Source: Podarcis pityusensis (Eukaryota). From it: a stretch of DNA of 64,000 nucleotides. Position 1 is the first letter of the stretch. Each line of letters begins with the position of its first letter. The notes beneath the pieces were generated by a model that did no database searches, was not told where the DNA came from, and worked only from the letters and a program-made list of their open reading frames with translations. The stretch lies in NCBI GenBank assembly GCA_964106645.2, contig OZ067043.1; one strand, 5' to 3'. Positions 51,226 through 62,870 of this stretch are shown here, in pieces. The position numbers and the translations under genes were made by a program.

Positions 51226-51749
51226 GTTTGGGCTAACTCTGGAGAAATCAACTGCATAATAACATGGTGGAGCGGATGTGAGAGGGGCACCTGAAAGCTA
51301 TATTGGAATAATTATTGCTACTTCTATCCTGCTCTTTCTCCCAAAGAAGTCCAGGGCAGCAAAGGTAGAAATGTTACAACAGGTCCCTGTTTGCCTGTCT
51401 ATACTGCACGCTTTTCATTGGCAATATAAAAGATGATTCCTCAAGGAATATGGAAGCACATTGGGCTCGGTTTCTTTCTTTTAAAGAAAAAAAAGTTTAG
51501 AAATTGCTTTCTCACCTACTACTTTGCTTTAGCCGTCACTTGAAAGAGGTCGGGTGACTGTATTGGTTCATTGTATGTTAAGAAATTTCCACTGCCCTGA
51601 GAATCACTTTCCTTGGGGTGGAGGCGGGAAGGAACAGACAGACCCCAGGAGTTCCTTTGATGTGAGTCAGTCTGCTTGTGTAGGAGGTTTGGACTCTTGT
51701 GGGGCACAAGATGTACATTTCTTCCTGAAGTCTTGCTCCTACCATGCAG

Positions 51750-51916
51750 GTGTAAATGCAACGGCCACGCAAGCGAGTGTGTGAAGAATGAATATGGAAA
51801 GCTGTCCTGCAATTGCAAGCACAATACCTTTGGGGTGGACTGTGAAAAGTGCCTCCCTTTTTACAACGACCGGCCTTGGAGAAGAGCAACGGCAGAGAGT
51901 GCCAACGAATGTTTGC
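51750..51916 (+). CDS. LAMC1: Laminin gamma-1 exon 4 (LE repeat 1)
   Basis: cag acceptor, gtaagt donor; 167 bp; [55 protein letters not shown]. Confidence 0.97.
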
Positions 51917-54900
51917 GTAAGTGTGTTGGTGTTGTTCTTAAATAATCTGGCTTTGTCTAAGAAGCAAAATCTTCCTGCCAATTATTTCATCACCTCCTAC
52001 TGTCATGTGGGAGGTAGCCAATTTTAAAGCTCTTTGGAGTGTTCTCTTCCTTCCTGGCAAGATCCAGTCCCTTCCTGTCTCTTGTCATCCTGTATTAATT
52101 CAGGAGCTTGGCTTATTTTAAACTCTACCTCAAACGTCTTTGTTTCCTCTTATCAGTTGGCCTGCGTTGTGTGGTAGAAATGCCTTGGAACCTGCAGAGT
52201 GTTGGGTAATTCTTTGTCTTGTATCTCAAGATTCAGACCACACTAGGTGCTGTACAGCTTGTTATCTGTGGTTATTGTTGGCACACCGATCTATTTACCC
52301 AACTGCAAGATAAAAAATGTATTTCTCATTTATGCATTGTTGATTCAGCATAGTCCTCTGGAGTTAACTAATTATCACCAGGAATTGTGTTCTATGGATG
52401 AAAATAAATAGATAATCTGTGCCAGGATGACCCAGATTCCGCAGTCACAAGAAAGGAATTCTATAATATGCATGAAATATACAAGCTGATATGCAGGACT
52501 CTCCCTTTGCATATATTGCTCTGCTTCTCCTAGTCCTGGGAAGAGGTGGAAACAAACCCCAAGGGTCACCCGTCCAACCCCACAGAAGCCTTGCCCTCTA
52601 ACTAGTAGAAATCCTGTTCAGCAATCCCTTTGGCTTTTGATACTTCTCCCAGGTGTTGTCCACATACTTTAAAGCACATCATTGTAGCCATTAGTACTAG
52701 AAAGTGTTTGGTGGTTGGGTTGTTTAAACAAATAATAATAATAATCTGGGAACTCTGTTCTGGATGCTACCCAAGACCTATTGTTTTTCTGAGTTACTGT
52801 GGGGTTTGTGGTATGCAGGCAGTCCTTTCTTTTTTGAAAGGGTAAAACTCCAAACCTTAGGGGGAGAAAAGGGAGAAAATTTGAATTTCTTGTCTTTCAT
52901 TCTGGGTGCAAAGTTCTGATGGGGAGAAAGGCATGGGACTTGAGCTTAAACCAGTACAAGGGACTGCTGTCTTCCTCGAAACTGCTGTAACCCTCAGGCT
53001 TAAAAAATACCCTAGTCGTGTAGTGGGTTAGGTGCATCAAGAAACCGTCTGTGTGAGATGTGTCCATCAAAATTAACCTGGTGCCCAGAGCTTTATTCTG
53101 CGCAAGGACCTTACAGTTGGTTCCATAGTGACTGCTTTTCTTGTGGGAAAAGTGCTTACATATGGTACCCAGGTGGTGTTTGGGAGGACTGCAGTGTGTG
53201 GCAGGCAGATTTATCTTCTGTCCGGAATGTACAGTAGAATAGGATGACAGTGAAGCAGGGGGAAACTGTTGTAAGGCTTATGTGTGCAATTATTAGTTGT
53301 TCTGTGACATCCTTGGGAATCAATTGAAGTGATCATAGAAAGAGGTATTTTTTAAAAAAGAGGAGAAAAGTATTGATAAAAGCAGTTTATTTTAATTGCT
53401 GGATCTGATAGTTACTATATCTTCTTGATTCTGGAGTTGCAAAGTATTTCTGGCCTTCAGAGATTTTTCAGTGGACCCAGGTTTGCAATACAATAGAGTT
53501 CTGATTATAGATGCAAATGATCTCTCCTGAAGAAACTGAGAAATGTTTGTTTTTGTGAAAATTATTTCCCTGGAACCCTCGTTCCTTCAAGGTATGATCC
53601 AGCACCATGAATTTAGCTGAAACTCAAGTGAAGACTCTCAAATGACCCCCTGAGTCCTATCTTTGGATATAAGTGCATGTTATAAGAAGAGCAGCCGCAT
53701 ATCAAGTTCCCCATCCCCTTCCATAATGGGCAGCACATCACTGAGCTGTGCGTTTCTCACTGTGTCATTGGATGAAATGTTCTCCTCACTGTTGAAATAA
53801 CAAAATAGTCACCAGTCTTTACAACATAAGCCAGTGATGCTCACACGCATCTGTGCTGGAAATCCTGACATCCAAAACATATAAAGAATTGTTTACAAAC
53901 CGGCTCTTAGAATCAAATGCATTTGCCACAAAGATAAAACACCAAAGGATCACTGAAAATAAACAATGTCTCCTGCAAAAAAGAATATCCTCCACATCTT
54001 GATTGCAACATCCATTGGGCTCCCATCCTGCCTAGAGAAAAGCAGCTCCATCAAAGTGAGGGGCCACCTGGCAAAGAGCAACGTATCCCACGTGTGGGAG
54101 ACCTCCACCCACCATCTCCTAGCTATCACTTGGCAATCAGAGAAAGCTACTTGTTCTTAGGTTTAGCAAACCATTCAGAGTTTGCTATCAGCAAGCCTCC
54201 TGTTACTGCAGTTTGCCAGCCTTCCATTCTATGCAAACTGTTAGTGAGAGCTTTACGTAAGCAATCCTGGGTCTTATCCTTGTAATTCTAAGTGCTGTAT
54301 CACCTGTGCGTATTCCATAGATATAGCTACCTTCAAAGCACCAGGACAGGTAGAACGTATCACTTCAAACAGAACATCACCTGCAGGTCATGCAAAATAA
54401 TTTATATCATTGAATGCAAAGAAAAGAAAAGAAAAGAGAAAGAAAGAATGTCATATTCAGTATGCAGGTAAAATTACAACCAACCTATGCACACATTTTA
54501 GAAACCCCAAATCAGTGATTTTGACCAAAAAAAGAGGTGGAGCAACCTGTTGCCATACACTTTATTTCTGAGTGCCTTGTCGGACTTAATAATTGGCACA
54601 GAGGTGCCGGCAGATCCAACCATGTTAGCAAGAAGGCAGAACTTTTGGATGCACACAGTGGACACCTCAGCACTGCATGGCCTCAGCCCAGAGGATACAA
54701 GCAGTGTGGCTTCACTTCAGCAAAACGAAGGCCTTCTGTGCACACCCTAAAACTGCCCGCTTGGAAACAGCCTTCTTTCTATCAGAGGAACCAAAGAATG
54801 TGGATGTTGAAACATTTTGCTATAAGAATTGAAAATGTCTGTGAGAAGGCATTCTCCTTGTAACTGCAGATAATAATTGCCTTGCAGCATCTTGCATTTC

Positions 54901-55666
54901 CCTCTGCCCAGACAGTCTGCGATGGGCCTGCACTTTTTGAGTTATGGTGATGCTTCTGGAGTTCCCCCACGCTTCTTAGCTGTAGCACAGGCTGTATGGT
55001 GCTGCTTTGTTCCTTCCCATACATTTGACGGGTGGGGTATAGCGTCTGTGCTGCATGGAGACTCTGCACTCTGGTGAGCACCCAACACAATGGCTTAATT
55101 TTTGAAGGCACAGTTCAGCCTGCTTCATTGCACGCTAGTGTGCTCTGGCCTCCAGCATTAGAATCGCTAGCTTCCTGCATGGAGAGGGAAGACAACATTT
55201 CTTCCTAACTTGCTTCATATGTATGCTGAAAGTTCCCAGCTGTATATGTGAGTCTGTGACTTGAGTTGAAAGCCTGACGAAACTGGTGTCTGATGGGCTC
55301 TTGTTCTGCTCCATGTCCTAGACATGAGCAATTAGGCCTGTCTGTGCTAAGGAAAGCAGAAAGTTTGTTCTCTCTCATTCACATGCACAGACACACAGGA
55401 TGCAGCTGGGGCAGGCTGGTCTGGCTGCTATCTTTCCCTGCAGTTTGCATGCCAGAGAGCAGCGTAAACTGTGTGGGAGGGCTGTGGGAAGGCTAGAAAC
55501 TGTGGCACAGCTGGAGAGACAGCCGGGTGGAAAATCTAGTACACTCAGCAACATATCGCGACTCCAGCCCTTTGGGGTGGGGGGTGGGGAAGGCATGCTC
55601 ATGGACAAAGGCTAATTGCCTCCACCTCCTGGAGCCTCGGGCAAGAGCAGGTGAACCATAAGGATA

Positions 55667-55971
55667 CAGTGGTACCTCGCAAGACGAATGCCTCGCAAGA
55701 CGAAAAACGCGCAAGACGAAAGAGTTTTCCGTTTTTTGAGTCGTTCCACAAGACGAATTTCCCTATGGGCTTGCTTCGCAAGACGAAACGTCTTGCGAGT
55801 TCTTGCGAGTTTGTTTCCTTTTTCTTAAAGCCACTAAGCCGTTAATAGCCGCTAAGCCACTAAGCCGCTAATAGCCGCTAAGCCGCTAATAGCCGTGCTT
55901 CGCAAGACGAAAAAACCGCAAGACGAAGAGACTCGCGGAACGGATTAATTTCGTCTTGCGAGGCACCACTG
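55667..55971. mobile_element. Tigger-type MITE with internal GCAAGACGAA array
   Basis: TA + CAGTGGTACCTCGCAAGACGAA...TTCGTCTTGCGAGGCACCACTG + TA. Confidence 0.9.
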
Positions 55972-56381
55972 TAGTGCTATTCTGGTTTGCACCATGGTAC
56001 CTATGCAGCTCCCTGCGGTTCCTCTGCCTTGGGGTGGTTTTACCCCAAAGCTGCTGAACTGAGGATCAGGCAGCAGCTCAACACTGCAGACGCAGGAAGG
56101 GTGTGTCAGCTTGACTCTGCTCTGTGGATTGGCAGCTAGGGGCCTGGGAGCTCAACCCTGGCTTTCCATTTTGGCCCCCTCCCCCCGCCCCCAAGTCTAA
56201 GGAATTGCACCCGCACCCTTAGTCACTCTAGCTGTTTCCCTCATGTACGCCAAGACCCAGGCAAAAGGGGTCTGGAACACAGTGTACGAACCTTAGCAGA
56301 TTTCTCTCCTGACGTTCCCACCTGCCTTGACTTGTGCACCAGAAATGGGTCTGCGTAGCACGAAGTTCATAAGCAGAGCAC

Positions 56382-56383
<2 letters not shown>

Positions 56384-56412
<29 letters not shown>
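56384..56412. repeat. (TG)n microsatellite
   Basis: Directly visible. Confidence 0.95.
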
Positions 56413-56416
<4 letters not shown>

Positions 56417-56503
56417 GAGCATGTTGCCTGTGTTCTAGCTTACATGGGAATTGAAGGATAGAGCCCATGTTGCTGGCCGTTATTTCTTTTTTAGTTCAAA
56501 ATA

Positions 56504-56730
56504 CAGTGGTACCTCAGGTTAAGTACTTAATTCGTTCCGGAGGTCCGTTCTTAACCTGAAACTGTTCTTAACCTGAAGCACCACTTTAGCTAATGAGGCC
56601 TCCCGCTGCTGCTGCGCCGCCAGAGCCCGATTTCTGTTCTCATCCTGAAGCAAAGTTCTTAACCTGGGGGTACTATTTCTGGGTTAGCGGAGTCTGTAAC
56701 CTGAGGTGTATGTAACCTGAGGTACCACTG
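56504..56730. mobile_element. Tigger-type MITE (family of 1651 and 25919)
   Basis: TA + CAGTGGTACCTCAGGTT...AACCTGAGGTACCACTG + TA. Confidence 0.9.
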
Positions 56731-57251
56731 TATGGCTTGGTGTTCTTTTTTAAAAAAAACCAGAACAGCAGGAAACTAAGCTCTACTACATCCCAACCTA
56801 TGGGATTTTTGGCTCCAGTTCAGAAGCTTCACCAACCATCTCAGCCTCTGCTACCTTTGGTGTCCCCCTAAACTAATATGAAGGAAACCACAGTGAACTA
56901 GCTTTCTGAAAATCACTGAACTTGTTGAGCTTTTATATTCTGTATGGTAAACCTGGAATGTTATCTGAGGTCCCAAACTGCTACTGCATCATCTCCAAAC
57001 AGGTAGAAACAATTGCTTAATTTTCTCATCTCTTTACTTCTCCCCAACCTCTTTTCATTCTGAGCCATTTGGTGTTTCTATTAATCTGCATTTTTCTTTT
57101 GGACTGAGCATCTTCTTTTACAACTTTATAGACTTGGTAGCGTTTACTTCTGGATTTGTTGCCTGGAGGGTTGGGCAGATGGAAAAGGGTTTAGCAGGGA
57201 GATGTGCTTAGTGGCCTACTAAACAAGCACATGTTTGTTCCTTACCTCTAG

Positions 57252-57440
57252 CTTGTAACTGCAATGGCCGGTCACAGGAGTGCTACTTTGATCCTGAACT
57301 CTACCGTTCCACGGGCCACGGTGGCCACTGCACAAGCTGCTTTGGTAATACTGACGGACCAAACTGCGAGAGATGTCGGGAGAATTTCTACCGCCTTGGG
57401 AGTGAGGAAGCGTGCCTGCCGTGTAACTGCAACCCTGTGG
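57252..57440 (+). CDS. LAMC1: Laminin gamma-1 exon 5 (LE repeat 2, start of LE3)
   Basis: tag acceptor, gtgagt donor; 189 bp; (P)CNCNGRSQECYFDPELYRSTGHGGHCTSCFGNTDGPNCERCRENFYRLGSEEACLPCNCNPV. Confidence 0.97.
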
Positions 57441-57890
57441 GTGAGTGGCAGAGATGGTGAATCTCTTTGGGTTTTTCAGTTGTTAAGCTTCCAAAGGGAG
57501 AGAGTTCTTGGCATGCTTTGTGGGTTTAAATTGTAACAACCAGAATAACATTTTGTGTGAAGTCAGCTCTTAAATCAGCTTTAGTTTTTAAAAGGTAGGG
57601 GGCCTACCAAAATGGTTGTAGTCCTAATGGGTGGGATGTATGTGAGATGGAGAAGAGACTGTCTATTGCAGGGATCACGTGGAAGGGGCCAGTGGGTTGC
57701 ACTGCCCATGGGGCATGGCCACCCACGATCAGCGCTGGGGGGGCCCATTATGGAAGAGGCAGTGATGTCCCCACGTGCTTCTTCCAACAGGAGTGGAGAG
57801 TTAAGCCTCCTTGCTGTGCCTAGTGATTCAAGTTATCTGGTGTGACTGATGAGGTTAACCCTCTTCTGGTGTGCCTTGAATTCTCTTTCT

Positions 57891-58038
57891 TGGTCACAGC
57901 TCAGCTGGTAGAGCATGAGACTCTTAATCTCAGGGTCGCAAGTTTGAGCCCTGTGTTGGGCAACAAATCCCTGCATTGCAGGGGAATGGGCTAGATGACC
58001 CTCATGGTCCCTTCAAACTCTACAGTTCTGTGGTTCTA
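57891..58038 (+). mobile_element. tRNA-Lys(CTT)-derived SINE with CR1 3' tail
   Basis: agctcagctggtagagcatgagactcttaatctcagggtc matches the tRNA-Lys-CTT D and anticodon arms; the T-arm and acceptor stem are mutated. It is fused directly to the CR1 tail cctgcattgcagggg...ctagatgaccc...ttctgtggttcta. Confidence 0.85.
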
Positions 58039-58766
58039 GAACGGATGATATGTGAACAGAGATCTGTACTTGGGCATTAGTAGAATAGTGTTTAAAATGT
58101 TAAACAGTGGTTATCCAGATTCACATATTCAATAAAATCTACAGAATGTAATATAGCTGAGGTGTCCAACTCAGGCACTGATCTGAGCTGTGTTTATGTG
58201 TTTCCCTGTCAGGCTAACGCTGTGATCAGACTCTTATTTTGCTATTGTGCCAAGTGTAAATGCCAAGTGGGGTTGCAACAATGAAGACTGGTTTTTCAGT
58301 CAACGGCAAATTTAGAAGGCCTGATAAGGAGCATTAAAACCTTGTAGTATATTCCATGACACAACAGGCAGCCAGTGCATATTTAAAGTGTGTGTGTTGA
58401 TTTAAGATGGCATTTTTGCCTGAGTAATTGTTCCTAAATAATTGCTGGCTTGAAGGAAGACTGTTGACTGTATATGGTAAAGGTCTTTGTGAGCTTGTTG
58501 CTAAATCTATCTGTTTTGTTTTAATCCTCTTAATGGTTTTTTTGTGTCAATCTTTTTCTAGCCTAAAGATGAAGTAACCTCTTGCAATGCTAATGAGAAG
58601 TTAGCTGTTTAATGTCATCCATGTCTCTTTAAACTACTGATACTTGACCCACTGAAAAACAACACAAATGATCTCAGTGCATCCTAGTTTGGAAGTTAAA
58701 TGCTTTGAGATGCCAGTTAACTTCTAGGCCCAGTTCAGCAAGCCTTGCCATTCAAAGCCTTTAATG

Positions 58767-59088
58767 CAGGGGTCAGCAAGGCTTACCGGGCATGGGCCGG
58801 ATCACTCCCACGGAGATCCTCCATGGGCCGGGCCGGCGCATCGCAACACCGGAAATCATGTCTGCGCATGTCCGTGGTGCCAGAAATCGCTTCTGCGCAT
58901 GCCCAGACGCTGAAAAGTGTGCCTGCACAGAAGCGATTTCCAGAGCCACGGGAGAGAGTCCCCACGCCGCACTGCGCCAGTTTAGGGACTCGCTGAGCGG
59001 GCAGCTCAGTTCAGGGGCGGCTCATGGGCCAGTTAAGTGACCCTCATGGGCCGCTTTTGGCCCATGTGCCTTAGGTTGTCGACCTCTG
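58767..59088. mobile_element. hAT MITE
   Basis: TIR CAGGGGTCAGCAA / TTGTCGACCTCTG and perfect 8-bp TSD ctttaatg (58759-66 and 59089-96). Confidence 0.9.
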
Positions 59089-60593
59089 CTTTAATGTAAG
59101 AGGCAGCAGCTAGCCTGCTTCCTGCGCTGCCAGTCACCAACCTAGAGGGAAAAGATACGTGGAGACACAGCATATGCTTCAAGAGAACTTGCCAGCAGGA
59201 TTATTTAGAGTGTGTTATCGAAGTGGGCTTCTTGGGAAGCTGATTGTTGATCCGTGCTTTAATGGATTGTGACCTATATTATTTCAGATAAAGCCTCTTG
59301 CTTATGAAACCCCAAAGCCTATATAGTTGGGTTCTGTATTCTTTCAGTATAGGAACTTAAAATGGTTGGGGGTGAAGTCAGCGTGCCCTGCAGTTATGGA
59401 ATGACCTTCCAGGTGAGGTCTGAGAGTGGACATCTCTCCTCGCCTTTGGGGCAGGGGGGGGCTGCCAAGTCTTCTGTGAAAGCTTTTTTGATTGCTGGGT
59501 CTGGTGGCATTTGGTCTGGCTGCCACAGGCCCAGGATATCTGAGTCTGCGCTGCGTCAGAGCCCAGGTGGAAGCTCTTTGACAGAATGCACCTCTGTACA
59601 GAAACAGTCCCTGCCAATAGACAAGGGCCACCTTAAAGGAAAAGGGCTGTGCTAGAATTCTTCTTCCTGCCATCTGCTGTCCTTTATTTGAGGAATCTTA
59701 TTCATGGAGCATTTCATCACTCGAACCGCCACCTGCCGCTGGAAGTGCTGCAGTCCAGACTCAAGTTGCCACCTCAGTGAAAGCTAGACTTTTGCTTTAT
59801 GTATTTAATAGGACACCAGGGTCTTGTGGCTTTGCTGGTCTGATTTATGTAGAAGCTGAACGTTCTACAACCCGCAGCCCATAGAGAGATATGATAACAT
59901 TGCTTTTAAATAAATGAAATTATATACACAAAGCCCAGGTTATAACTCAGATCAGCAAAAGAGAGTGGGGGGGGGGGGAGTGGAGTCTGCTGCTTCCTAC
60001 AATTGACAAGCAAATCATAAGCTGCTTTTTAAACTCCCTCAATTGCAGTGGACAGACAGCTGGATATTGAACTTCTCAAAAACACCATATAACTAAATAA
60101 CTAGCAGCGCAGTTCATGCTCTTTTGCCTCACAGAATGTTCAGGATTTTTGTGCGCATGGGCTTAGCCTATTCTGAGCTGTGCCAACAAGAATCAAAATA
60201 GTTTGTTTTACATTGTATTGGGGCAAAAGGTTGTTCTTGTCTAAGTATATGCACCACTGGGTGGGGGGGAACACACACCATATAACTGCCAAGTATTAAA
60301 TTATGGATGATTGCAGCTTCAATATAGGATAAGTCCTGATTTGAGTGTGTAGGTTGGAAACCGTTAGATGGTTAACACATGTTGCATATTTTACTTCAGA
60401 TTACTTCATCTAGATAACATTGTTTTAGTCTGGGGTGGAGGGACTATAGAAATGATATACTATTGTGATTGCCTTTGCCTATTCTAGGATCCTGGTCCCT
60501 CCCTATTTAAGGGCCTAGTTTGAAGAACAAATAGTGCAGTTTTTGTGTTGATTTGCTTTTTAATAGTACCTTGATCTCATTTTGTACACACAG

Positions 60594-60711
60594 GTTCCCT
60601 CAGCACTCAGTGTGACAACTATGGGCGGTGCAGTTGTAAGCCTGGTGTGATGGGCGACAAATGTGATAGATGTCAGCCCGGCTTCCACTCTCTCACAGAG
60701 GCCGGTTGCAG
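60594..60711 (+). CDS. LAMC1: Laminin gamma-1 exon 6 (LE repeat 3)
   Basis: cag acceptor, gtaaac donor; 118 bp; (G)[38 protein letters not shown](R). Confidence 0.96.
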
Positions 60712-60776
60712 GTAAACGTTGACTGACCCTAGATCAATATATAGATGAAAGTAGTGGCTGTGACTGAGAACGTGCA

Positions 60777-60906
60777 ACAGGGATGAGGAAGCTCGTGGTG
60801 TTGCTGGGCTGCAGCTCTCATCATTCCTGACCGCTGGCCATGATGGCTGGGGGCTGGTGAGAGTTGTGGCCTGTCCATATCTGCAGGGCCTCAGGTCCCC
60901 TTCCTG
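60777..60906. mobile_element. Degraded palindromic hAT MITE in intron 6
   Basis: Diverged version of the 11135/24400/41252 family (ctgcagctctcatcattcc...ggtgagagttgtgg). Confidence 0.5.
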
Positions 60907-60978
60907 ATATATTGCCTGGAAACTTGGTTTCCTTCTTCTCCTCAGTGCTCTGACCGGACTGCTTTGCTTCTCTTCCAG

Positions 60979-61077
60979 GCGGTGCTCTTGCAATCCTGCT
61001 GGCAGTATGGACGAGTGTAACATGGACACAGGCCGTTGTACCTGCAAAGACAACGCTGAGGGCTTCAACTGTGAAAG
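60979..61077 (+). CDS. LAMC1: Laminin gamma-1 exon 7 (LE repeat 4, first part)
   Basis: ttccag acceptor, gtagtg donor; 99 bp; RCSCNPAGSMDECNMDTGRCTCKDNAEGFNCE(R). Confidence 0.95.
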
Positions 61078-62057
61078 GTAGTGGGGTTTGCATTACGTCA
61101 CAGGATTTTGAATGTGGGACTTGACCCATTTGTTGCTCTTTGCCTTTCTGCGCTTTGTCGGGCTCAGAGCAGTGTCCAAGAGGGATGATCCCTTTTTTAT
61201 CCTTACAAAAAAACCATGATGCAGATCAAGCTTAGGAGATGGCTGCTTTTTGAAAGGTTTCCTAATGAATCTGGTGGTTGAGAGCAGCTCCTGACGTTTC
61301 AGTCCATTTCTCACAAAGAGCAGGTGGGGTAATAAATTGGCACCTGTGCTGGGATTGAGTGAAAAGATTTCACTTGAGAATGTTGGGCTCAGTTTTTGTT
61401 GGGGAGCTGGAAGAGAAATTTGGGCCACTGAAATGAGGCCATTTTGCCAATTGAGAATTAAATTGGTAGAGATTCACTTGGCAGCAGTGGCTTTTTCCCC
61501 CCTTCTCAACTTGCAGCAGTTCTTCTGCTGTTAGTGAGAACAAGCCCTTTAGGGCTCAGTAACGTTTGTTGTGGAACGCGCTGTTGTTATCCTAGCAAAA
61601 GCACAGGGTGAATTTGATTATCTATGACAGGTGCATGTCTTTAGACACCCCCTTGTATCCTTGTGCAGAGGTTGGGTCGCAGCTCTCCAACAGAACATGG
61701 ATATAGCCATGGAAATAACAATTGCCGTATAAAGTGAGGAATGGTTCTGAGTAGGGATTAGAGTCCAGCTTTTCCGGGTCAAAGACCAACATCTATCTGC
61801 TGCACCACAGAAGAAAGACAATCTCTAGCAATACTTTTTCAGGATGCTGGCTGTTATTTTACCAGAATGGAAGAGTTCCTCAGATTTTCCTCAGAGTTCC
61901 TCAGAAATTCTGCCACAAAGTGGTCTAGCTTGACTGTAAGAAATATTGTGGATGCAGCTCTGTGGCCCAGTTAAATGAAACTCTTAAAGATGTGAAGGCA
62001 GAAGATCAATGTGGGAGATGGATTAGAAGTGCTTAGTGGTTTTTTACTTTATTTTAG

Positions 62058-62194
62058 GTGTAAACCTGGCTTTTTTAACCTGGATCCCGCCAACCCAAGG
62101 GGATGCACTCCCTGCTTTTGTTTTGGGCACTCATCTGTCTGTACCAACGCTGTTGGATACAGCATCTACCGAATTACCTCCAGCTTTCAGTATG
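62058..62194 (+). CDS. LAMC1: Laminin gamma-1 exon 8 (end of LE4, LE5 first half)
   Basis: ttttag acceptor, gtaagt donor; 137 bp; [45 protein letters not shown]. Confidence 0.96.
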
Positions 62195-62442
62195 GTAAGT
62201 GCAAGTTTCAATCTAACTTGAACAACTCCTGCCCTATACCTTAAAAGCTTTAACATTTTCTTTTCACAAGATAGAGACTGCTGCCTGATTCCAGCTGCAC
62301 TGCAGTAGAACATGGTTTGTGTTGCAGAAAATATAAATTAAATTAAATTATAAAATGATAAGGTTACATCAAGAAAAGCACAGGCTATGCAGCAAATTAG
62401 TTTGGCAGTGCTTAAGTTGCAGTTTCTTTTTGTGGCTTTCAG

Positions 62443-62565
62443 GAGAGGAGGACTGGCACGCAGAACAGCGAGATGGCTCTGAAATCTCAGTTCAGTGGAT
62501 TAGTGAGACTCAAGAAATATCTGTGATCTCAGAAACTCCCTTTCCCATCTACTTCATTGCTCCAG
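62443..62565 (+). CDS. LAMC1: Laminin gamma-1 exon 9 (start of L4 / laminin IV type A domain)
   Basis: ttcag acceptor, gtatat donor; 123 bp; (G)EEDWHAEQRDGSEISVQWISETQEISVISETPFPIYFIAP. Confidence 0.94.
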
Positions 62566-62680
62566 GTATATAACAAGAGTGGCATGGTTATTTGCACGGA
62601 CCAGTAGCGTGCTAATATTTACAACTAAACTCCCTGCCTTTACCATTCCTTGGATGTGGACTTTGTTGCTTCCCTTTCAG

Positions 62681-62870
62681 GCAAGTTCCTTGGGAATCAA
62701 ATCTTGAGTTACGGCCAAAACGTGACATTCTCTTTTCGGGTCGATAGGCGGGACACACGCCTTTCTGCGGAGGACATAGTGCTTGAAGGTGCTGGCCTGA
62801 GAGTATCCGTACCTCTGATTGCTCAAGGCAACTCCTATCCCAGTGAGAGCACCCTGAAGTATGCCTTCAG
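62681..62870 (+). CDS. LAMC1: Laminin gamma-1 exon 10 (L4 domain)
   Basis: tttcag acceptor, gtgagg donor; 190 bp; (G)KFLGNQILSYGQNVTFSFRVDRRDTRLSAEDIVLEGAGLRVSVPLIAQGNSYPSESTLKYAF(R). Confidence 0.96.

Noticed and set aside
53600-55100. Possible nested antisense gene or endogenous viral fragment in intron 4
   Set aside because: Strand composition shifts to A/C-rich, but the translations show no recognisable protein motifs or coherent exon structure.
55667-55971. CRISPR-like repeat/spacer array
   Set aside because: Repeats are only about 10 bp with irregular short spacers and occur in both orientations, enclosed by TIRs and a TA TSD in a vertebrate intron. There are no cas genes.
57891-57962. 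Functional tRNA-Lys(CTT) gene
   Set aside because: The acceptor stem and T-arm/B-box are mutated (gcaagtttgagccctgtg), and the sequence runs into a CR1 tail instead of a poly-T terminator.
44163-62870. Alternative identity as LAMC3, LAMC2 or a netrin
   Set aside because: [33 protein letters not shown] and the following exons match gamma-1. LAMC2 lacks the LN domain, and netrins have only three LE repeats and no L4 domain.
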